From NCBI RefSeq assembly GCF_006345805.1, contig NC_043013.1, forward strand, positions 18,228,001 to 18,292,000: a DNA stretch of 64,000 nucleotides, given 5' to 3'. Position numbers and translations under genes: made by a program. Source of the stretch: Octopus sinensis (Eukaryota). Numbering within the stretch: the stretch's first letter is position 1; each line of letters starts with the position of its first letter. The notes under the pieces are model-generated. The model saw nothing but the letters and a program-made list of their open reading frames with translations. It was not told the origin of the DNA and searched no databases. Below, piece by piece: positions 27,713 through 41,623 of this stretch.

Positions 27713-28240
27713 TACGAGGTTGATTCAAAAGTTTTCCATATTTTGAGCTTTAATTAATAGTTCAAACAAATTACATATGCAAATTCCTAAAAATATATCC
27801 CATCATATTCTGTTGTTTGTTGCCGTCATTGTACCAGAAGCTCAATTCCACACTTATATCATTTAGTTGGCAAAAGGTTCCCTGCACTCATCCTCAACCT
27901 CATCCACATTGTTGAACCTTCATCCATGCAAGAAAGAAGCCACGACTCAGAAAAGGTGGTAATCTGATGGTGCAGGGTCTAGACTGTAGGCAGAGTGAGG
28001 CAGCACTTTCAGCCCCTCAGCTTTCTCGAGTTTGCATTTGGTCACATTGGCAGTGTGTGCTGGGGTATTGTCATGCTGTAGGAGCGCACATTCCCAATTG
28101 ACCAATGCTGGACGGTGGGCTTTCAAAGCATCCTATACTCACTGCAGCTGTTGAACATAAAGGTTAGTGTTCACAGCATGACCATCTGGGACAAGCTCAA
28201 AGTGCAACGCCCACTCAAAATTTCACTAAAACATACTAAA
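27713..28240 (-). mobile_element. Mariner 3' fragment with right TIR
   Basis: Minus strand reads LLQHDNTPAHTA; TIR TACGAGGTTGATTCAAAAG. Confidence 0.75.
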
Positions 28241-28931
28241 GAGGAAATGGAAAGAAAAACCATGTCATGTCCAATACTCTGAAAGGCTTAAAAGAGAAGA
28301 TATAAGCCAAAGTGGGAGTCAACAAAGGCGCAAAAGCTCTGTTCTAAAAGCAGAAATAGAGGGACCATCGAAATGTGATGAAATGATTGGGAGGGCTTGC
28401 AGGGTGAACATGGGCCCTTTAATGTGCCTGATAGACAAATTGATAGAGAGATATATAGACAGACAGGTAGACAGATCAAGAGTTGGGGACTGACAGGAGG
28501 AAACTGACCCCAGTATTTCAATTATTTATTGAACCCTAAAGACACTCTAAGGGATTTGAACACAAAGATTTGAGAGCTGGAGCAAATACCATAAGACAAT
28601 TGATCCAAAACTAATATCTTTGCCAATTCACTGCTTTCTTTGTCAATATTATTTCAATTCATTTTAATTAATTCAGCTGGTACGGGAAACTTGCTCAGTT
28701 AATTAAAAGAATGTTAATCAATGACTAAAATTGTTGATCAAAGCTGATTGCTGCAGGATTTGAACCCAGAGCACAGACAATTAAAACTAATACTGCAAGG
28801 TATTTCAGCTGACACTTTAATGACTTTGCCGATTTGTCCTCTTGATTATGTAATGAGATAGAAACAATATTAGTTATTATTCTTCTCTTTAAATCTGTTC
28901 AATCAGTCCATCTTAAGAAGGTTCCAGTTAC

Positions 28932-28991
28932 CACAACAGTTTTTTCTTATGAGAAGTGGTTGCTGTCCCCTCATTCAAACTTTCCCTATTT
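28932..28991 (-). CDS. Candidate coding exon 3 (R-NRESLNEGTATTSHKKLL)
   Basis: gacccttttctccag|...|gtaact. 60 nt, only the phase-2 frame is open. Confidence 0.6.
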
Positions 28992-29675
28992 CTGGAGAAA
29001 AGGGTCAATAAGAGAGAGCCTTATGACACAAAATAGTAGATAAGAAAGAGAGAGAGAGAGTGAGAATCAATCCCAGTTCCTGACTGGTGCTGCATTTATC
29101 AACCCTAGAAGGATAAAAGACAAAGTCAACTTCAACAGGATTTGAACTCAGAAAGCAGAGAGCTGGAACAAGTATCACAAGACATTCAATCCAACACTAA
29201 CAGCTCAGCTTATTCACCGCCCTCTCCACTAATATTATTTTAATTAATTCTAATTAATTCAGTAAGTATGGGAGACTTGCCAGTTAATTAAAACAATGTT
29301 AATCAATGACTAAAATTGTTTTTCCTCGCTGCATAATTATTTATTTGTTAGTTTCTTTTTATATTATCATTTATACTTCCAGCATTAACTTTTTTGATAC
29401 CAACTGACCTGAAACTGCTCCCGGTTCCATGATACAAACTTTCCTGTTTCAAAGTGATCTAAATTAAAACCTTCCACCAAAATTGCATGCTAATTTATGT
29501 TCCAAACACCAGATTAATAATGTCAAAGATATCTTGCTAAATTCTTTATTATTTTCAAAATTAAGTGAAGCAAAAAGCAGTGTGCTTCAACAGAAATATT
29601 CATCTCCATTTAAATATGGATGTTCTGTTGGAACAAGCTCTACTGCGGCAGATCCATGAGAATAACACTCATATT

Positions 29676-29889
29676 CTTTTCTACTTTAGGCACAAGGTCA
29701 GAAATTTTGGGGGAGGGGGCAGTCGATTAAATCGACCCCAATATGCAACAGGTACTTAATTTATCAACCCCGAAAGGATGAAAGGCAAAGTCGACCTCAG
29801 TGGAATTTGAACTCAAAAAGTAAAGACAGACGAAACACTGCTAAGTATTTCGCCCAGCATGCTAACGTTTTAGCCAGCTTGCCGCCTTA
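29676..29889 (-). mobile_element. tRNA SINE with perfect 21-bp target-site duplication
   Basis: CATGAGAATAACACTCATATT at 29655-29675 and 29890-29910. Confidence 0.92.
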
Positions 29890-29998
29890 CATGAGAATAA
29901 CACTCATATTGGCTTATATGAGAGTTTCTCTCATGGTACCTACTGCAGTATAGTTTGTTTTAACAGAACATCCACATTTAAGTGGAGATAAATATTAC

Positions 29999-30031
29999 CT
30001 TTCAGTATCAATATTAACTCTGTCACTTATA
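29999..30031 (-). CDS. Candidate coding exon 2 (C-ISDRVNIDTE)
   Basis: tttcttttggcaag|...AAG|gtaata. 33 nt, only the phase-2 frame is open. It is needed to join exons 1 and 3, since a direct join gives TGA. The AAG acceptor is atypical. Confidence 0.45.
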
Positions 30032-30849
30032 CTTGCCAAAAGAAATAGAATAACAAGAGGGTTAAATATATAGATGCTAACTTAACTATTGTTTTTTTTT
30101 TTTATATGGATGGTGTGTCTGAGTAATGAATATTGTAAAGTAATGACTATGGTGTTGTAATGTTTCCTTCTGTTAATGTTGCTTATTTATAAAGACATTG
30201 TGTATATATGTAAGTCAGTGTTAACATATTCTAGCACTGATATAACTGGTTATTTTCTGAGTAGATGATGACTCTGAGTAATTTCCTTTGCTCATTATAC
30301 TCTAGTTATTTCTACAGTAGTTGCTTTGCTTCATAATCTCTGTATTTTAAGTTTAAATCCTGCTGGGGTAACATTAGTTTTCTTCCCCAAGTTTGGGTGA
30401 AAGGAGATTTACATAAAAACATATTTGAGAACAACTGGTATAGGCGAAAAACAGTAAATACGTACAGTCAGAAATATGAATCAGTTTATTAATAGTTTCA
30501 GCAAAAATTTGTAATCACATAAATAATTAGTGACACCTGCTCCTCTCGCTCTGTCATAGTTTCTTACTCCAGTCTATACTCCACTTAGTGTTATTTTATG
30601 GGTACTTGGTAACCTCACTGGTGCTGTTGCCACATAAAAAGCACCCAGTACACTCTGTTAAGTGGTTGATGTTAAGAAGGGCATCTGGCTATAGAAATCA
30701 TGCCAAAGCAGCCACAGAACCTGGCTGAGCCCTCTGGCTTATCTTTCCTTGTCAAAACATTCAACCCATGCTAGTAGGGGAAAAGGGATGTTAAAATACA
30801 ATGATGATACTGATAATAATCAGGCAGATTGGTCTAAATGAATTTGCAT

Positions 30850-31445
30850 GTTGGAGTCAGAGACTCACTTCTTATGCTTCATTAGGGAACAAATTTTGAG
30901 GTAAAAAATATGATTGTAGTGCAAATAATAGTGATGATAAGAGAGAAGACTGTGCTGGTATGACCATGTAATGCCTATGGATGAGGACAGCTGCATCAAG
31001 AAGTGCCAATCTCTAATTGTGGAGTAAACATGTGGAAGGAGTAGACCCAGTAAGACATGGAATGAAGTGGCGAGAAAGGATCTTCAGATGTTGGGCCTCA
31101 CAGAGGGGATGACAAGGGACCGCGACTTTTGATGGTTTGCTGTGCTTGAGAAGACATGTCCCCTATATTCCTCTTTAGCTGAGTGACCCTAATCTTGTGG
31201 GTTTGTCTGTACTGGTGCCACATAAAAAAGCACTTCTGCCAGTGCCATGTAAGAAGCACATGTGCTGGTGCTGCATAAAAGCACTCAGTACACTCTGTAA
31301 ATTGGTTGGTGTTAGGAAGGGCATCCAGCCATAGAAGATATGCCAAAACAGACATGGTGCCCAGGTAGATCCTCAGCTGGCCAGTTCCTGTCAACCATTC
31401 AACCCATGCCAGCATGGAAAATGTATGTTAAATGATGATGATGAA
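30850..31445 (+). mobile_element. Old RTE C-terminal region and tail
   Basis: gaggacagctgcatcaagaagtgcc...gaccc..aagacatgg, followed by the (GAT)n tail. Confidence 0.7.
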
Positions 31446-31556
31446 TCTGTCTCATGTAAGAAGTGTAAACAAACCTAAACTTTCTCACCATTCTTCTTTT
31501 TCCCCACCAGTGCCATCTTGTGGTGCAGGTCATTTACAGATATGAAATATTCTTAC

Positions 31557-31603
31557 CATTTTGGGGTGGTTGGCTTTTTGAAAGAATGTTTTCTGCTACT
31601 CAT
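31557..31603 (-). CDS. Candidate start-codon exon (exon 31557-31640; MSSRKHSFKKPTTPK)
   Basis: Strong acceptor tttaatttgtctcattgcag and donor gtaaga; an in-frame stop lies upstream of the ATG at 31603. Confidence 0.6.
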
Positions 31604-32324
31604 TGCTGGTTGGTCTCAGGTGAGAGTTAAATTATATTCCCTGCAATGAGACAAATTAAAGAAATCATGAAATATCAGGAAATGTCTACAATGATCAATA
31701 AGTCTATATTTTACGGATGAGGGTTAATAAGACCTAAACATGTCCAGAGTTAGGTCTGTTTTATATCTTTTATCTTTTATGTGTTTCAGTTTGATTGTGG
31801 TCATGCTGGGGTATCCCCTTGAAAAGTTTTAATCAAACTGATTGATTTCAGTACTTATTTTTAAAGTCTGGGACTATCAGTCTCTTTTGCCAAATCACTA
31901 CATTATGGGGATGTAAACAAAAGAACACCAGTTGTCGAGTGGTGGTGTTTGGACAAACCCAAACACACACACACACACATGACAAGCTTCCACACAATTT
32001 CTTTCTGACAAATTCACAAGGATTGATCAGTAGAATATACTTGGCCAAGGTGCTACATGGTGGGATTGAACCCAAAACAATGAGGCTGTTAAGTGAGCAC
32101 CTTAACCACACAGCCATATCTGTGCCTGAAATTAGTTGCTGAAATTATTGAAATGAAATTAGTCTTTTCCTTACAACATAATTATTTTTAATTAGAGATT
32201 TTATACCACGACATTAAATAAAAAAATTATCACTTGTGTTTTCCGTGCTTATTACAATAATATTTTTCACAAATATGTTAATTTCCAGCATACTGTTATG
32301 TTGAGCAATATTATGTTGCATTTA

Positions 32325-33310
32325 AGGCAGCAAGCTGGTAGAATTGTTAGCACGCCAGGTGAAATGCTTAACGATATTTCATCTGTCGTTACGTTCTGAG
32401 TTCAAATTCCGCCGAGGTCGACTTTGCCTTTCATCCTTTCGGGGTTGATAAATTAAGTACCAGTTATGCACTAGGGGTCAATGTAATCGACTTAATCCGT
32501 TTGTCTGTTCTTGTTTGTCCCTTCTGTGTTTAGCCCCTTGTGGGTAGTAAAGAAATAGGTATTTCGTCTGCCGTTACGTTCTGAGTTCAAATTCTGCTGA
32601 GGTCGACTTTGCCTTTCATCCTTTCAGGGTTGATAAATTAAGTACCAGTTATGCACTAGGGGTCAATGTAATCGACTTAATCCGTTTGTCTGTCCTTGTT
32701 TGTCCCTTCTGTGTTTAGCCCCTTGTGGGTAGTAAAGAAATAGGTATTTCGTCTGTTGTTACGTTCTGAGTTCAAATTCCGCTGAGATTGACTTTACCTT
32801 TCATCTTTTCAGGGTCGATAAATTAAGTACCAGTTACGCTCTGGGGGTTGATGTAATCGACTTAATTCCTTTGTCTGTCCTTGTTTGTCCCCTCTATGCT
32901 TAGCCCCTTGTGGGCAATAAAGAAATAAGAATTGTTAGCATGCCAGGCAAAATGCTTAGCAGCAATTTGCTTGTCTTTGCCTTACATCCTATTGGGATTG
33001 ATAAAATAAGTACCAGTTGTTTGCTGGGGTTGATGTAATTGACTTACCCATTCCCCTAAACTTGCTGGCCTTGGGCCAAAATTTGGATCAAGGACATCAA
33101 GCTATCAGAATCATTAGCATGCCAAGCAAAAATGCTTAACAGTATTTCATTCGTCTTTATGTTCTGAGTTCAAATTCTGCTGAGGTTGACTTTGCTTTTC
33201 ATCCTTTTGGGGATTGATGAAATAAACATCAATTGTGCACTGGGGTTGATTTAATGGACTTAACTCTTCATCCAAAATTGCTGGCCTTGTGTCAAAATTT
33301 GAAACAAACA
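32325..33310 (+). mobile_element. Head-to-tail array of about 5 tRNA-SINE units (three near-identical ~185-bp units plus older copies)
   Basis: Repeated gttctgagttcaaattc...gcctttcatccttt...gataaattaagtaccag. Confidence 0.9.
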
Positions 33311-34699
33311 TTATATATGTATTTATTTAGTGGCTCTCTCATTATTAATCCAGCAAGTATGACAATTTCTATGGTTTGCTGGGGAGGTCTAAAAAGACTG
33401 GAACATGTACATAGTTGTCTCCCATACTTGCTGGAATAATTAAAACAATAACAGCTATTGAGCTAAAGCTGTAATTCTCTCACCACACAACTATCTCTAA
33501 TTAAGTTTTGATGTTCACAGCTTTAAATACATGAACACTAATTAGTTGACACTTAACACATTAGCACTTAACTCCTTAATACCTAACTTGTTAAGACAAG
33601 TCATTATTACTTGCTAACATTTAGCTTATTAACTCTTAACTCATTAGCACCTTAATCATTTACATTTAACATGTTAAAATTTGGTATGGAATGAAAAAGA
33701 GTAAATTTGATGCTTTGTTGTTTATGCTGTTGCTCAGAGACATTCCAACTATGCTCATCACCGCTTATTTTTTTCAGACATAGTGTATCCAGGACCACAT
33801 TTGTGTCCTCCTGTTTTTGGTAGTTGTTGATCAGCCTTGATCAAGAACTCTCGTGCTCAAAGACGTTCCATCCATGACCTTCTTGTCATTTTAATGGTAC
33901 CTAGGATGCTATTTTTTAAATATGTTGCTCCTGTTTGTTTTAAGATGGTAGGGTGTGGTTGAAGGGAAAGTTGGCTGTTATTACAAGGAAGTCAAGGAAA
34001 TCTATAGAGGCTCCTCTGTGATAGTTTGTTAATTTATTAATTATCAAAATAATTTGAGTGAGAGGAAGAGGAGGAGGAGCTCAACTATAGTGCTCTCTGA
34101 CCATCATACATTCTGGCTAATGCTTTGCAGGAAACTGTGGCCAGGAAAGAAATTCCAAAGAATGGTAAGCGTTAGGGGAGAATGACTGGGTGGGGAATCT
34201 GAGAAATCGTCATAATAGTGTTGATAGGAGGAAGGGGGAAGAGGTGGACAAGATGATGGCATTAAGTGAAACTGGGAAAGAGAAGAAGTTTGGGGCTAGG
34301 AGCATTATCCTAGATTCAAAGAATTGTTGTTGCTATTCCCAAGTAAGCCGACTGATGATCAAGACGTTCACTGGTTGGTTGAAGTTGACCAATTAGAATG
34401 GACTCCTGTTTAAAATTTATTAATCATCATCACTGTCATTTAAATGTCCACCCTTCCATGCTGCTGGCATGGGTCGATAGTATCTGACAAGCTGGATGGC
34501 TATGTTGGGCTTCAATGTCTGCTTTGGCATAGTCTCAATAAAGGAATGCTCTTCACAAAGCCAACTATTTCATAGTGAGTCCTGGGTACTTTTATGGCAC
34601 TTGCGAAAATGATAAGTAATTCAGAAAAGGTAAAAAAAAAAACAATTTATTATTATGAGAATTTAGATTTTGATTAACCCCTTATATCTTTTATTAATT

Positions 34700-35205
<506 letters not shown>

Positions 35206-35954
35206 TTGTCAAAAATTTACATAGTTTCGGTTAATTAATGTTCCAATCTCGAGTCTCAAAGACTTGAATTCATGTCAAATACAAATGGATTAACAAGTGA
35301 AAACAAACAACTATTAATTGTCAGTTATTAAACCAGAAACATAGAAGAACACAAAGAAAACAATAGAAATCTCCAGAGGGAGCAAGCATTGTGCGGGGCG
35401 GAGGGTGAGCCGGGTTATTTGAATATTCATTTTATATTTTTTTTAAGGGAAAAATCAGAAAATATTGATGGAACTGAAACATTGTAGAAGTTCCGATTTA
35501 TAGCAAAGACAATTTTTATATTATCAGAACTTGGATGAATGTATGTATTTATATTTGTGTGTATATATGTGTATATATATTCAGCATTCAGTATTATACA
35601 TATATATATATATATAAACACACAATATTACTCACAATGCTTATTCATATGTGTGTGTGTGTGTGCGTGTGTCTATATAAAAGTATTAAATGTAACTTTT
35701 ATGTTTCGGATTTCAGCCATAAAACTATACAAAATTTTCATTGTTTGGCATAAAAGAATAACAGTAAATAATGGTGAATAAGTTGTATCTGATGTCTGAG
35801 ATTAATATCAGAACAAAAGGACTTTAGAATATATTCCCTCTCGAATATAACATTGTGGTAAGGAATTATTGCTGTTGTGTTGTTCGCATTGTCATTGATA
35901 TCTTTGTCATAGTAATTCATCCTCACTACCATAATATCCAAGGTGATTTATCAG

Positions 35955-37160
35955 ATGCTACACCAATTCAGGCAAATACATTCAACCAGATCAGTTATGT
36001 ACTTTGTATGAGTTCAGTGAAATAAATACCAGTTCATGAAATGCATTCTACCAACTCAGGGAAATGTATTCTACCAGTTCAGTTAAACACATTCTACCAA
36101 CATGCACACACAAATTCATAAAAAGGGGTATCCAAAAGTAACTAGAAACATTCTCTGTGGGACAAGCCTGTTGTAGTTCGGGCTTCCACCACTAGAAGCC
36201 ACTTGGTGCAACTCTCAGGCACCAGGCTGCTGACTGGCGGCATCCAGTGAGGTTGTGCTGCCACATGGTACTTTTTGTTTTGCAGTGTTTCTCCCTGGTT
36301 CGTTGACTTTTGTGCTGGGTGAAATGAAGGAGTGGCGTGCTTCCATGAAATTTTGTTTTCTGCTGGGGAAAATGTTGGCTGAAACAGTTGTCATGCTTCA
36401 AACAGTTAACAAGGACACTGCTATGAGTGGTTTTCACGCTTTAGGAATGGCCACTTGTCACTTGAAGACCAACCTGTTTGGGGTAGCCGTTGATCTCCCG
36501 AATGAATGAAAACATCATGAAGATTCATGAATTGATCTTGGAGGACCATCACTGAACAATTGATGAACTTGTTGATATGACTGGTGTGTCCTGGAACTCC
36601 TGCCAACGAATTTTGAGCAAGGAATTGTGAATTAAAAGAGTTGCAGCAAAATTTGTGCCTTACTTGTTCATGGAAGATCAAAAGCAGTCATGACTGAATG
36701 TGTGTCGTGAACTGAAAAAACAGTTGGAAATTGATCCAGACTTTTTTTCAAAGGTCATCACTGGTGATGAAACTGGTGCTATGGAATTTGCAGATGTGGA
36801 AGAGGTGAAGGAAAAAAATGAAAGAGGGGTTAAAAGGCGTCACTTTGCTTCCAACAGTGGAAAGAAAATGTGTCTGGACTGATGCATTGCTTCAAATGGA
36901 GAACATTTTGAAGGCAATAAAAGTGTAAACATGTAAAACTAAGTGAATAAAATAGCATTGCAAAATTCTGGTTTCTTTTGGGTACCTTCTCATATAATCA
37001 TATTAATTTAAAAAAAAAACAACTTTTTTTTTGCTATAAATCAAAACTTCTACCAATGCAGTGAAATATATTCTACCAGTTCAATGAAATATATTCTATG
37101 AGTTCAATGAAATAAATACCAATTCTGTGAAATGCATTCTACTACCAATTCAGGGAAATG
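35955..37160 (+). mobile_element. Internally deleted mariner (about 36118-36994) flanked on both sides by a ~22-bp minisatellite
   Basis: KFCFLLGK HTH and KVITGDET motifs, decayed TIRs; TTCTACCAGTTCA.TGAAAT units at 35955-36105 and 37045-37160. Confidence 0.8.
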
Positions 37161-37510
37161 TGAGTTCCTTTCAAGCATTGAGCCTCATGGAGGCAAGTGG
37201 CCGAGTTCCTTTCAAGTGTTGGGGCTTATGGTGGCAATGACCAAGACCTTTGGCATTATATTGTGCTTGAGAAGACCCATCAAGCTGAGCAAAATTGCAG
37301 TTATGGCAGATACTGGTGTCGTGCTAGTGGCACATAAAAACACCCATTGTATGCTCAGAGTGGTTGGCATTAGGAAGGGCATCCAGCTGTAGAAAACCAT
37401 GCCAAATCAGACTGGAGCCTGGCACTGCCTTCCAGCGTGCCAGCCCAGTAAACCATCCAACCCATGCCAGCATGGACAACGGACGTTAAATGATGATGAT
37501 GATGATGATA
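37160..37510 (+). mobile_element. RTE 3' end and tail
   Basis: gtgcttgagaagaccc...gacgttaaatgatgatg. Confidence 0.85.
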
Positions 37511-38509
37511 TATAAATGTGTATATGTATGTATATGTGTCTTGATATTTGCAATGTGGTAAGGGAGTTTTCTATATAGTGGTTGCTCCAACCTTGTACTT
37601 ACTCACCTACACACCTAACTACCTACATACCCACCTACCTACCCTACCTGCCTACCCACCCAATAAAAAGTACCTTATATAAAGAGTATCAGGAGCTGTA
37701 GTCATCTCAGTAGACCAAACTGTGTCAATATACAGATATAAAAAGAGTGGAGACAGTGGAAGGAAGAGGTGAGAGAGTGAGGAGAGGTAAGAGGAGTGGG
37801 AAACATGAGAAAAGAGTGAGGGGTGGTGGTAGGGTTGGGAAATATTTTATTATTAGAAGAACAGTTTAGGGTAGCAGATTGGTAGAATCATTAGAATGTC
37901 TGTCAAAATACCTTGTGGTACTTGTTCCAGCTCTTTAAAGCTCTGAGTCCATATACCACCAAGGTTGACTTTGCCTTTCATGCTTCTGAGGTTGAAACTC
38001 TAGAGCTGATTTATTCAATTAACCCCTTACTGACAAATTTCTGGCTTTGCGCCTACATTAAGAAACAATTATTACAAGAATAGTCACAAATATTGATTCA
38101 ATTTCCCAAGCAAGATTTCATTTTTATTTCAGATGCCCCTTCCTCCTCCTTCTCCTTATCATCATCCACTACCACCTCTTCACTTACCTCCTCCTCTTCC
38201 TCCTTTACCACCACCACTACTACTACCACGTAAGTTTGATATTTGCATAAATAGGGAACAGCTTGCATGACAAAACAGCAAAACACACACAGACTACACG
38301 CCAGAATTTCCATGATCTTTTGTGATAGACTGCAATGTGTGCAGGCAACACTCCATTATTACCATCTCGTCATTCTCACGAAGAGACTGAGAAGACTTTG
38401 AAACATTAACAGATTAGCCAGCTTAAGGAACATCACTGTTCTAGTCTAAATGCAAGGAACTGGTTGGGAGATATGTAAAATTCTTTAAAAGAATAGCTGT
38501 TTGTTATGT

Positions 38510-38549
<40 letters not shown>

Positions 38550-38553
<4 letters not shown>

Positions 38554-38780
38554 ATCATCATCATCATGATTATCGTTTAACGTCCGTTTTCCATGCTAGC
38601 ATGGGTTGGACTGGAGTCTGGGAAGCCAGGAGGCTGCACCGGGCTCCAGTCTGATCTGGCAGTGTTTCTACAGCTGGATGCCCTTCCTAATGCCAACCAC
38701 TCCGTGGGTGCTTTTTATATGCCCCACCGGCACAGGCGCCAGAGGAGGCTGGCAACAGCCATGACTGGTTGGTGCATTTT
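38550..38780 (-). mobile_element. RTE 3'-UTR/tail fragment
   Basis: (CAT)n...gtttaacgtccgttttccatgctagc. Confidence 0.9.
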
Positions 38781-40614
38781 ACATTTCTAAGGGGTTGAGA
38801 AACCACTAGGGAATTTTCATGTTAGTAGTGCTGATGCTGTAGTTGTTTAGTTTCAGTTCAGACCTTAATCCAAATGACCTGTAATTGAAGACAGACTAGC
38901 CTTGTTCATCCTGCCTTTTATACAGATGCAGACAAATCTAGAGATGATAGTTGATATTTCTAGTAAATTTAGTGATTACACAGAATTCTCTCATTCTTCA
39001 TTGATCAAAGAAGGTATTGGTCATGGTATCTACTAGAGAAGGGCTATGAATTAACTGAGTTATTAGGGTATTGAATAGAATGCCTAGTAGCATTTGTTTC
39101 AAGTCTCTATTGTCTGAGTTCAAATCCTGCCATATCAACTTTTCCTTTTATCCCTTCAGGATCAATAAAAAAAACACCAATCTAGAGTAGTGGATTAAAC
39201 CATAAGAGGGTAGGACAGATGCTTTCTGGTATCTCTTCTGGGTCTTTGTGTTCTGAAAATGATTCCTGCAATAACAAGCTGTATTAGGCCATGTTGGTAG
39301 CCTTTCCCTTGGATAAACATTGGTAGTACGGAGAGGAGGGGCTTGCATGCATGAGAAACTATTAATTTTCCTTTAAAAAATTATAACCTAGGTTTGCCAA
39401 GGCATGACTAACATTGACTGGTGGAGGCTCTATCTACTAAAGGGACCTTTTTATCTTTTACATTTTTACTTGTTTCAGTCACTAGACTGTGGCCATTCTG
39501 GGGCACTGTCCTACAGAGTATTAGTTGAATAAACCAATCTCAGTACTTTTTAAAGCCTAGTGCTTATACTATCAGTCTCTATTGTTGAACCACTAAGTTA
39601 TGGGGATGTAAACAGATCAATACCAGTTGTCAAGTGGTGATGGAGGGTGACAAACACACATATATGACAGGCTTCTACACAGTTTCCATCTATTAAATTT
39701 ATTCACAAGACATTGATCAGTCCAAAGCTATAATAGAAAACACTTGCTCAAGGTTCCATGTAGTGGGACTGAACCCAAACCCATGTAGTTGCAAAGTGAG
39801 CTTCTTAACCACACAGTCATACCTATGCTTATTATTTAACACTGAACCCACCACTAATTAAAAAAAACAGAGAATCATAAAATATTATCAAAAGCATAAT
39901 TTTATGTAAGCGGTAGACATAGTGGTGTGTGCATGTCTGTATGTATGTGTGAGATGTATATGTATGTGTATAAGTGTGCGTGTGTATAACAATGGGTTGT
40001 CTAATGCACACTATTAAAAACAGCCACCTTCCACATTCAGGGAGTTTTGTGATACCTGATGATACTCTAATATTTTGTATGTATATTGCCTGAGTCTTGA
40101 CAGTTATCCATGCCAGGGCCCTCTGTGGTTTATTATACGAAATTCTAAATGAACGTGTTACCAGTTAAGACATGTTTAAAGAATTGATGGCAACAAGTCA
40201 ACTGGGCTTTTGTGTATGTTGTTTATTAACAATGAACTTTGAAACACAAGACTCAACTTGAAACATCTTCATACATTTGTTAAACATTCTTTTACAATAT
40301 TTACATTTGTTAAGTAGGATTTTCCTAATTATACTTATGTAAGAAGAGAGAAAGACAGGTTTAGGAAAGCTTTGTTCAAAAGGCTTTGCAGTAGTCAGTC
40401 ATCTCCCTTTGCATTTTGAGTTCAAATCTAGACGAAGACTATTCTGGTTTTCATCCTCCTAGGATGTTAAAATATGTAAAATGTGTCATATATTAAGCCC
40501 CTCCCTACAAAGAACTCTGATATTTGAAACCATTTTTATGTAAACTTAAAGGTAAGTAGTGTGTAAGAATGTGTACTGTATCAAACAAAACAAAGATGAT
40601 GTGGAATAATTTGT

Positions 40615-40980
40615 TATTTCTTTCTTGCCCACAAGGGGCTAAACACAGAGGGGACAAACAAAGAGATTAAGTCGATTACATCGACCCCAGTATGCAACTG
40701 GTATTTAATTTATCAACCCCAAAAGGATGAAAGGCAAAGTCGACCTCGGCAGAATTTGAACTTAGAACATAACAGCAGACGAAATACCTATTTCTTCACT
40801 ACCCACAAGACAAGAGATTAAGTCGATTATATCAACTCCAGTGCGTAACTGGTACGTATTTAATTGACCCCGAAAGGATAAAAGGCAAAATCGACCTTGG
40901 CAGAATTTGAACTCAGAATGTAACGACAGACGAAATACTGCTAAGCATTTCGCCCGGTGTGCTAACGATTCTGCCAGGTG
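40615..40980 (-). mobile_element. Tandem tRNA-SINE dimer
   Basis: Same family as 9250-9740. Confidence 0.85.
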
Positions 40981-41581
40981 GAATAATTTGTATTGAATCA
41001 ACAAAACAGAGGTATCAAGCAAAACAGTTTGCAATATTTAGTCCTTTTTATATTCATCATCATCAATCATTTAACATCTATTGTCCATGCTGGCATGGGT
41101 TGGATCTCTGAGTTCAAATCCTAGCAAGCGTTACAAAGCATTTCATCATATTGTGCCAATAAAGAATAAAAAGACAACATTTGCATACTGAGATGGATTA
41201 GATAAAGAAAACCCATCCACTGGGGTAGATTAAATCAAATATATCCATTTGGTGTGGTAGATATAAATAAATGCACCCATTAACCTAACTTTATGGTCAT
41301 ATCACTAAGTTTAAAATCCTTGCTGAGAGGTGGATTGGCAGAACAAGAGTATCAGGCAGGCTGCGTTACTAAGAATTTCAAAGCAACATTTTGTTAAGTG
41401 TGCCATTCAAAAAGTCCCATGGGCTGCAGTTTTCCTATGACGAGTTTTGGGATTTGGGATGCATGCCCCACCAGTGGGGGCACTGCAATATTTTTGCAGA
41501 GGGGTAGGACTTCAGAATAAGGAATGAGCAAGCAACAAGTGAATAAAACTTGCAATAAAGTTTGAATTAAATATATTTTCA

Positions 41582-41623
<42 letters not shown>

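Noticed and set aside
28650-29320. ~85-bp direct repeat as a large TSD or regulatory duplication
   Set aside because: The copies are diverged and each follows an old SINE fragment; a local segmental duplication is the simplest explanation.
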